From: the human T2T-CHM13v2.0 reference genome, Homo sapiens
Direction: 5' to 3' (one strand)
Assembly (NCBI RefSeq): GCF_009914755.1
Contig: NC_060928.1
Length of the DNA: 64,000 bases
Shown here: one piece after another, positions 60,726 through 64,000 of the stretch
Layout of the letters: the number at the start of each line of letters is the position of its first letter
Position numbering within the stretch: the stretch's first letter is position 1
Program-made: the position numbers and the translations under genes
The notes under the pieces: generated by a model
Database searches by the model: none
What the model saw: only the letters and a program-made list of their open reading frames with translations
Told to the model about the DNA's origin: nothing

Positions 60726-63208
60726 ATGATCAAGCAACTCTTAGTTGTGGGCATTCACAGAACGAGAGCTGTCATTTTTCCCTCTGCAATTATCCTGCAA
60801 ATAAAACATCTGAACAACCGCCATGCAAGTGCTAAGAGATGTAATCGATCAAATTCAGGAGGAACATTAAAGCTGTCAACTCAAGAGTGTCTATTCTCTT
60901 GGCACCTGCCACAATGAAATGGCCGACTGTGAAGATGGACTGTCATGAAAAGGTCACAGATGACAAATGCCTCGTGTCTGCCTTTCTTTGTGAGGCCTGG
61001 ATCACGTAGCATGTGGAGCTGCTCCATTAGTGGGAAAGAAGACGAGCACTACAGCCCACTCCAAAGTTAAAAGGCACCTCACAAAAGCCCTGTAACTAGT
61101 GGGCTATCACTGTCACAAGCCACATTTCACAGATGCAGGAGCCAAGGCACGCTCACCCTGCATTGTGAAACCATGGGAAATAACCGCCATTGTTTGGTGA
61201 AAACATTCTTTGACAGTTCTGATCAGGGCATGTGGTCAGGAGGTGGTGTGACAGTGACACAGAACAGAGAGCTTCTGCTTCCCGTGCTGGGTCTGCCACT
61301 GCCTGGCTACATAAAGGAACCTGGGCGAAGTCACTAACATCTCTGAGACTCAGTTTCCACATCCATAAAACAGGGACGTTGATGGTTCTTACTTGTGGTG
61401 GAAGTTGGGAAGGGTAAAGCATGTAATGAACAAGGCACAGGTCAGTATAGCAGCAAGAATGCAGAGTCTGAAGACCAGTCGTGACCCTGGAGTCACTTCA
61501 CCTCCCTGTACCTCAAAGCCCTTATCTCTCATAGAGCAATGACAGTGGCACTTCTGTTACAGGCTGTGTGAGGATTAGAGTGGATAGATGGAAAGCACTT
61601 AGCTCTCAGTACACCTCACTAGCATATATATGGACTATGGACATACATATAGGTACTCATATGTAGAACTCACATGTGGATGGCTCATATGTACACACAC
61701 ACATACATACATATACCTCTATCGTATGCATATATTAATATATATACATACAGTGTCTACCAAGGTGCCTGGCACTAAAACGCAAACAAAGGAAGTAGGC
61801 ACCATTCTTATTAAAATGCCATCACATTTTAGGAAGGGAGGTAAGTTCTTCAATCAGTGCATAAGACAAAAACGAAATCTAAATCACCCTTGGAAACACC
61901 TTGGAGAGCAACAACTGGCCAGTTCTTCCTCCAGTGCTGGAGCAGATGGCTGTGTCTTCAGCCCAGGACCAGGTGAAGGGTCTAGCTTGTGCATGTGGGC
62001 TGGGAGGTAGGACAAAGGTCTGCCCCAAATGTAAACCATAGACATGAGCTCAGGGCAGGGGAGGGTGCCAAGACAGGCTCAGGGCATTGCAGACCTCCAG
62101 CTCCCTTCACCTCCCCATCCCTTGAAGGCCTCTGCTCACCTCCCAGGCTCACCTGCCGGGCTCACCTGCCTGGTTCAGCTGGTCTTTACTCTTGCAGCGT
62201 GTTCTTCTTGGTCAGTGTCTTATGTCTTGCTCCTTTTTCCTTTTCTTTTTTTTTTTTTTTTTGCCAAATGCCTCCTGTGGAACTTCCTTAAGTATCTATG
62301 AATGTGTGGCAAGTAGACTAGGATGGGTAAGCTGGAAAGACCCAGGTTTCCTATCCAAATGGACGTGGCTTTGAGTTGCAAGAGTCACAACCCATTAGTT
62401 GGATGGTCCTGAACAAGTCACACAGCCCCCAGTGATGCTGTCCCTCATGTGTCAACTGGATAAGGTGGCCCAGTACACAAGGATTCCCAAGGCAGGCTGT
62501 CATTGTGTGTGCCCTCTGCATCATGGAGATCCTCAGATGTCTCTTCCCCATCTGCCTTGGATCCCTTGTTCATGTTATGGAAGAAGTGATAACTAGTATG
62601 TTACATGGGACCAGGATGCCAGTGTGAACTAGGAGACACTGCACAGAGGGCTGAGGCAGACCAGGTCCCATCACATGCCTGGTGGTGGACCCTGGGCTGG
62701 GCACTAACCTTTTTGAGCTTAGAATGGACTTCAAGATGCCATTCTTGCAGCAATGTGATGAGTATGGAGATTCACGCTCATGAAGAGCATCAGCTGTAAG
62801 ACTGGTATCTGACAGGAATTTGATAGAGACTAGACACAGTTTTTCTTTTAGTATCACTGTGTCATATTAGTACAGTGTACTAAGCCTATTTAATTATACA
62901 AAGAGCCCTCTTTTATACACTATGATGAAAGCAGAGGCCTGGGAGAGTAATAAACTTCTAAAGGACCATGGGTGACAAAGAAAATGAATGAGGTTAAGAT
63001 ATTTTCAGTAATAATGCTGAGTACTGGAATTAAAAACTAAAGAATAATTGAAAGAAACTAAGAAAGAAAAGTGGTAATGTGAGATATAAAGCACTGAAAA
63101 TGTCTAAATAAAACAAAAATCCTGAACAGGGCAAAAACAAAGAGAAAAAAACTAAAAGGCAAAGAAAACAATATTCTGTACTTGCCACCAAGAGAAAATG
63201 TAAATGGT

Positions 63209-63806
63209 TGTGAAGATAAGTAATCTGAAACTTAAGTTACAGAAACTTTAAATTATTAGGTGCCTTAAAGGAATATGATTATAGGGCCTGAGTCATGTGA
63301 CAGGCAGCTGTAACCTAAGCGGCTGAACTTTTGTTTCTCTGATTACAGATTAGCCTTCTTCCCAGACTACATTATTTTGTAAAATGCTGTAAATGACTAG
63401 AGGGCGCCAGAAAAGACCCCTTCCCTCTGCACTGTTGATCTTCCTTACAGATTAACTTCCCTCTTCTCTCACACACAGACTTCATGGCTATCACATTTGC
63501 CAAGACGGAATGTTAAATATACTCTTTTAAATTGGAAAGGAAACGAAAACAAGCCATACAGAAAAGAAAACAAACCGTAACTAATTAAACTGTTGTAACT
63601 TATAAACTAGCCTTGTGTAGAAAATGTTGTAATCCTGTTAAATCTCTTTATTTTATTCTTATACAAGCAAGACCTTAACTTTTAGCTTTAGCGTGCTGAC
63701 CCCATTTCTCTGCGGTCTGTATTTCCCAAACGGCAATTCCCAGTTTTTCTCTTGGATAAACTCTTGAAAACTGGGTTCTGATTCTTTCAATTATTTCAGG
63801 ATGACA
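63209..63806 (+). mobile_element. MER65-like ERV1 solo LTR
   Basis: TG...CA ends with TSD tggt; gaaacttaag...gccttaaaggaatatgattatagggcctgagtca resembles recalled MER65. Confidence 0.72.
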
Positions 63807-64000
63807 TGGTTTTAAAAAAAGAAAAAGAAAAAACTACAGGAAGGAATGTGCTTAGTTCCTTCTATTAAAATGACTAGTTTTGGCCAAAAAGGAGATGGGT
63901 CTGCTGGTTCAGGATCCGTAAGGGATTGGAGCTGGGCTTTAGGAAGAGGTTGCTCCCTGCTGCAAGGAGAATTAATTGGAAGGAAGAGGGAACAAACAGG

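Overview
Primate (very likely human, chr4p16) genomic DNA. It holds the 3' end of EVC2/limbin on the minus strand: six coding exons (17-22 in the usual numbering; 1098 nt, 365 aa + stop, ending ...KKKNFLNAKKAMRALGMD*), a ~400-nt 3' UTR and an AATAAA. The remainder is downstream flank (1-13.8 kb) and intron, dominated by transposable elements: THE1B and MSTA MaLR proviruses, solo LTRs (MSTB, THE1, MLT1/2, LTR2, MER4-, MER39-, MER50-, MER65-like), a full-length disabled L1PA3/4, old L1s, Alus, MIR/L2, and MER63, MER85 and Tigger2a DNA elements. Most noteworthy: (i) the L1 antisense promoter, with an ORF0 left open to 151 codons, faces EVC2 exons 17-22; (ii) a sense-oriented HERV-E LTR2 lies 2.7 kb upstream of exon 17; (iii) a ~380-bp inverted duplication of a chimeric junction; (iv) several tandem duplications with fold-back palindromes at their junctions. 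Repeat subfamily names come from remembered consensus sequences, not a database search. No prokaryotic systems, CRISPR arrays or RNA genes were seen, and I cannot claim a new biological system from sequence alone.
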